Origin: an uncultured Blautia sp.
GTDB lineage: Bacteria; Bacillota; Clostridia; Lachnospirales; Lachnospiraceae
Direction: 5' to 3'
DNA length: 64,000 bases
Assembly (NCBI GenBank): GCA_947654165.1
Contig: CANTKB010000019.1
Span: 191-64,190 of the forward strand
Program-made: the position numbers and the translations under genes
The notes under the pieces: model-generated
Database searches by the model: none
What the model saw: the letters and a program-made list of their open reading frames with translations, nothing else
Told to the model about the DNA's origin: nothing
Shown here: one piece after another, positions 61,120 to 64,000 of the stretch
How the letters are laid out: each line of letters starts with the position of its first letter
How positions within the stretch are numbered: the first letter of the stretch is position 1

Positions 61120-62409
61120 ATGAAACGAAAAAATGTTATGGTGTGCTTGCTGGCTGTAGTATTATCCGTTAGTGGTTTGTTAACAGCTTGTGGAGAAAGC
61201 AAAAATGAAGAGGATGTTAAAGAGAGTGTAGACAAAAAGAATGATTCGGGTGTGACAGAGATGGAATTGTTTATGTCAAAGCCAGAAACAGCAGAAGTAA
61301 TGCAGAAAATAGCTGATAAGTTTTGTGAAGAAAATCCTAGTGTTAAGATTAGTGTAACATCTACTACAGATGGGTTAACTGTTATGCAGACGAGAGTTGC
61401 AAGTAACGAAATGCCTGATATCTTAAATACATTTCCAGCAGAAGATTTTTATAAAACAATTTTTAAAGAGGGATATATAGAGGATATTAGTGACCAAGAT
61501 TTTCTTAATAATGTTTCAAAAAGTTCTCTCGAAATGTCAGTTTGTGACGATGGTAACTATTATGCGGTACCGATGTCTGATAGTACATATGGTGTTTATG
61601 CAAATATGGATGTTTTGGAGGAAAATGGTATTACGGAGACCCCAAAGACATGGGATGAATTTATTGAAGATTTAGAAATTCTGAAGAAAAATGACGTAAC
61701 AGGTATTTTGATGCCGGATAAAGATGTAGGAAATGTTGCTCAAAGATTTGAACGTACTACAGGAATCATTAATAACGATTCAGATTCTGAGTTTAAAAAA
61801 ATAGCAGATGGTGAGATGGAAGCAGAAAATTCTCCAACTTTACAGGCGTGGGTTAAGTATAATAAGGAATTGCTTGAATATGCGAATGAAAACCACATGG
61901 GAATGGATTACGATGTAGCTGTAGCATCTTTTAGTAAAGGAGAAGCCGGTTTTATGTTAAGTGGTACTTGGATGCTCTCAACTGTAAAAACTAATAATCC
62001 AGATGCAAATGTAAAGATTTTTCCATTTCCAAATCCTACAGGTGGAGAAACACGTGTTCCTATCAATATAGATACTGCATTTAGTATTTCTTCTACATGT
62101 AAAGATAAAGAAATGGGTCTGAAATTTTTGGAATATATGACTCGTCCAGAAATTGCACAAATGTATTGTGACGTTGACGGAAATGTAAGTTTAATTGATG
62201 GTGTAAAATATGAAATTCCAGAACATCAGGAAATGTTGAATGCTGTTAATGAGGGTAATGTATTTCTTACTGCAGTTAATTTTTGGCCAAGTGGTTTAAG
62301 GGAAGAAATTCGTCCATTCTGTCAACAGTTTTTAAGTGATCTGGATGAAAAAGCATTTTATGAATCTGCAAAGGATGCTATTGTGACTATTTATTCAGAT
62401 AGCGAGTAA
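61120..62409 (+). CDS. Carbohydrate ABC transporter substrate-binding lipoprotein (MsmE-like)
   Basis: LTAC lipobox, PKTWDEF and FMLSGTW. Confidence 0.88.
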   Translation: MKRKNVMVCLLAVVLSVSGLLTACGESKNEEDVKESVDKKNDSGVTEMELFMSKPETAEVMQKIADKFCEENPSVKISVTSTTDGLTVMQTRVASNEMPDILNTFPAEDFYKTIFKEGYIEDISDQDFLNNVSKSSLEMSVCDDGNYYAVPMSDSTYGVYANMDVLEENGITETPKTWDEFIEDLEILKKNDVTGILMPDKDVGNVAQRFERTTGIINNDSDSEFKKIADGEMEAENSPTLQAWVKYNKELLEYANENHMGMDYDVAVASFSKGEAGFMLSGTWMLSTVKTNNPDANVKIFPFPNPTGGETRVPINIDTAFSISSTCKDKEMGLKFLEYMTRPEIAQMYCDVDGNVSLIDGVKYEIPEHQEMLNAVNEGNVFLTAVNFWPSGLREEIRPFCQQFLSDLDEKAFYESAKDAIVTIYSDSE

Positions 62410-62480
62410 GTTTCATAAAAGATAAAGTGACGTCAAAAGGGGCGATTTTATAGCCCCTTTTAAAAGGAGATGCTAAAATT

Positions 62481-63350
62481 ATGAAAAAAACACGTAGAAA
62501 TTGGACATATTTTTGGTTCACTGTACCTGGATTTTTGTTGTATGCATTTTTTTTTATTACACCAGTTGTACTGGGTATCTATTATAGTTTGACAGACTGG
62601 AATGGAATCAGTCAAAAGTATAATTTAGTAGGATTGGAAAATTATAAAAAGATATTTCAGACTAGTCAATTTATAGATTCGTTATCATTTACATTTAAGT
62701 ACACAATATTGCTAATTATCTTTGTTATTGTATTAGGAATATCCATTGCCTTATTATTAAATCGAAATATAAAAGGTCGTTCTTTTTTTAGAGCAATTTA
62801 TTTTATACCTGCAATCTTGAGTTTGCTTACAGTTGGCTTGATTTTCAATCAGATTTGTTATTATATTATTCCGGAAATTGGAAAAAGTTTACATATTAAT
62901 ATATTGAGTCAAAATCCTCTTGCAGATAAAACGTTGGCAATGTGGACTATTTTATTTGTAAATTTATGGCAAGGTCTTGCAATTCCAACACTTTTATTTT
63001 TAGCAGGATTGCAGAGTGTTCCGATGGATTTGTATGAAGTGGCTACGTTGGATGGGGCCACTAATTGGGAAAAATTTCGGTATATTACATTTCCATTTAT
63101 TCTTCCGGTAGTTAGCGTAGTGTTTGTTTTAACATTAAAAAGTGGATTAATGGTTTTCGATTATATTATATCTATGACAGAAGGTGGACCCGGAAATTCT
63201 ACACAGAGTATTGCGATGTTAATTTATAAACATGGTTTTACGCAAAATAAATATGCGTATAGTATTGCGGAAGCTATTGTGATAGGAATAATTATTGCAG
63301 CTATATCAGCGGGACAAATTTATATTACAGAAAAGAAAAAGGCGGTGTAA
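62481..63350 (+). CDS. Carbohydrate ABC transporter permease (MsmF-like)
   Basis: SLTDWNG and EAA motif LYEVATLDGA. Confidence 0.9.
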   Translation: MKKTRRNWTYFWFTVPGFLLYAFFFITPVVLGIYYSLTDWNGISQKYNLVGLENYKKIFQTSQFIDSLSFTFKYTILLIIFVIVLGISIALLLNRNIKGRSFFRAIYFIPAILSLLTVGLIFNQICYYIIPEIGKSLHINILSQNPLADKTLAMWTILFVNLWQGLAIPTLLFLAGLQSVPMDLYEVATLDGATNWEKFRYITFPFILPVVSVVFVLTLKSGLMVFDYIISMTEGGPGNSTQSIAMLIYKHGFTQNKYAYSIAEAIVIGIIIAAISAGQIYITEKKKAV

Positions 63351-63353
63351 TAG

Positions 63354-64000
63354 ATGGTGTGTAAAAGAAAACAAAACAATATTTTAACTTATTTGATATT
63401 GATTTTAGGCGTTCTTCTAATTATATTGCCTTTATATGTTACATTGGTTACTTCTTTCAAGTCCAATGAGCAAAGTGCACAGAGTTTTTTTTCTTTGCCA
63501 ATTCCATTGTATTTAGAGAGTTTTAAAGAGATTTTATCTAGCGAGAAATATTATAGAGCTTTGATGAATACAGCGTATATTACGGCAATCGTGCTGGCTG
63601 GTAATGTGGTGGTTATGCCAGCTATGAGTTACGCAGTGGCAAGAAGAATGCCGCACAGTCGATGGTATCGATATGTATATTTTTTCTTGTTGCTTGGTAT
63701 TTTTATTCCTTTTCAAGTAAAAATGATGCCGTTAGTGAAAATGTTAAGTTCTTTGGGAATGATGAATCCTACGGGGTTGGCAATTTTATGTATTTCTAGT
63801 TCCACATGTGAAAGCGTATTTTTATTTGTAGGTTATATGGGAGCAATTCCTATTGATATGGAGGAGGCAGCACAAATTGATGGTGCAAGTACATTTTTAA
63901 CCTATCGAGCTATTGTATTTCCTCTCTTAAAACCTATGTTAGCTACTGTACTCATTAAACAAGGATTATGGATATGGAATGATTTTATGCTTCCATTGAT
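63354..64000 (+). CDS. Carbohydrate ABC transporter permease (MsmG-like), runs off the window
   Basis: Manual translation MVCKRKQNNILTY...IPIDMEEAAQIDGA...WIWNDFMLPL; open to the window end. Confidence 0.88.
   Translation, partial: MVCKRKQNNILTYLILILGVLLIILPLYVTLVTSFKSNEQSAQSFFSLPIPLYLESFKEILSSEKYYRALMNTAYITAIVLAGNVVVMPAMSYAVARRMPHSRWYRYVYFFLLLGIFIPFQVKMMPLVKMLSSLGMMNPTGLAILCISSSTCESVFLFVGYMGAIPIDMEEAAQIDGASTFLTYRAIVFPLLKPMLATVLIKQGLWIWNDFMLPL

Overview
This is a 64-kb chromosomal segment from a low-GC Firmicute, most consistent with a spore-forming Lachnospiraceae-like gut clostridium (inferred from gene content and order). Most of it is housekeeping: dapF, nrdD, trmL, mutS2, yhaM, two rlmD paralogues, murT-gatD, glyA, trxBA, rplM-rpsI, rpmE-DUF1385-prmC-prfA, glmM, hflX and three tRNAs. 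Metabolic cassettes include a SARP/STAND regulator with hutH and a YuiF-like transporter, a FadR-GntP-IlvD/Edd sugar-acid unit, a DUF134/NifB-NifX/Fe-S ATPase cluster resembling the orange-protein cluster, and an AT-rich sugar ABC transporter. The strongest candidates for new biology are (1) a ~2.3-kb integrase-less islet bounded by copies of the rpsI 3' end, carrying a pRiA4b-ORF3-like zinc protein, a HipA/CtkA-like kinase core and a downstream gene resembling the missing HipA N-terminal (HipS-like) domain, and (2) a 52-bp-period array of CCTA-N17-TAGG hairpins at the left edge. Also notable are a probable catalytically dead HtrA, an atypical RelA/SpoT-domain protein, twin TGACATATGTCA operators, and two multi-lesion pseudogenes (GH85 ENGase and a GGDEF sensor). 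All family assignments come from motif recognition by eye; no database searches were run.
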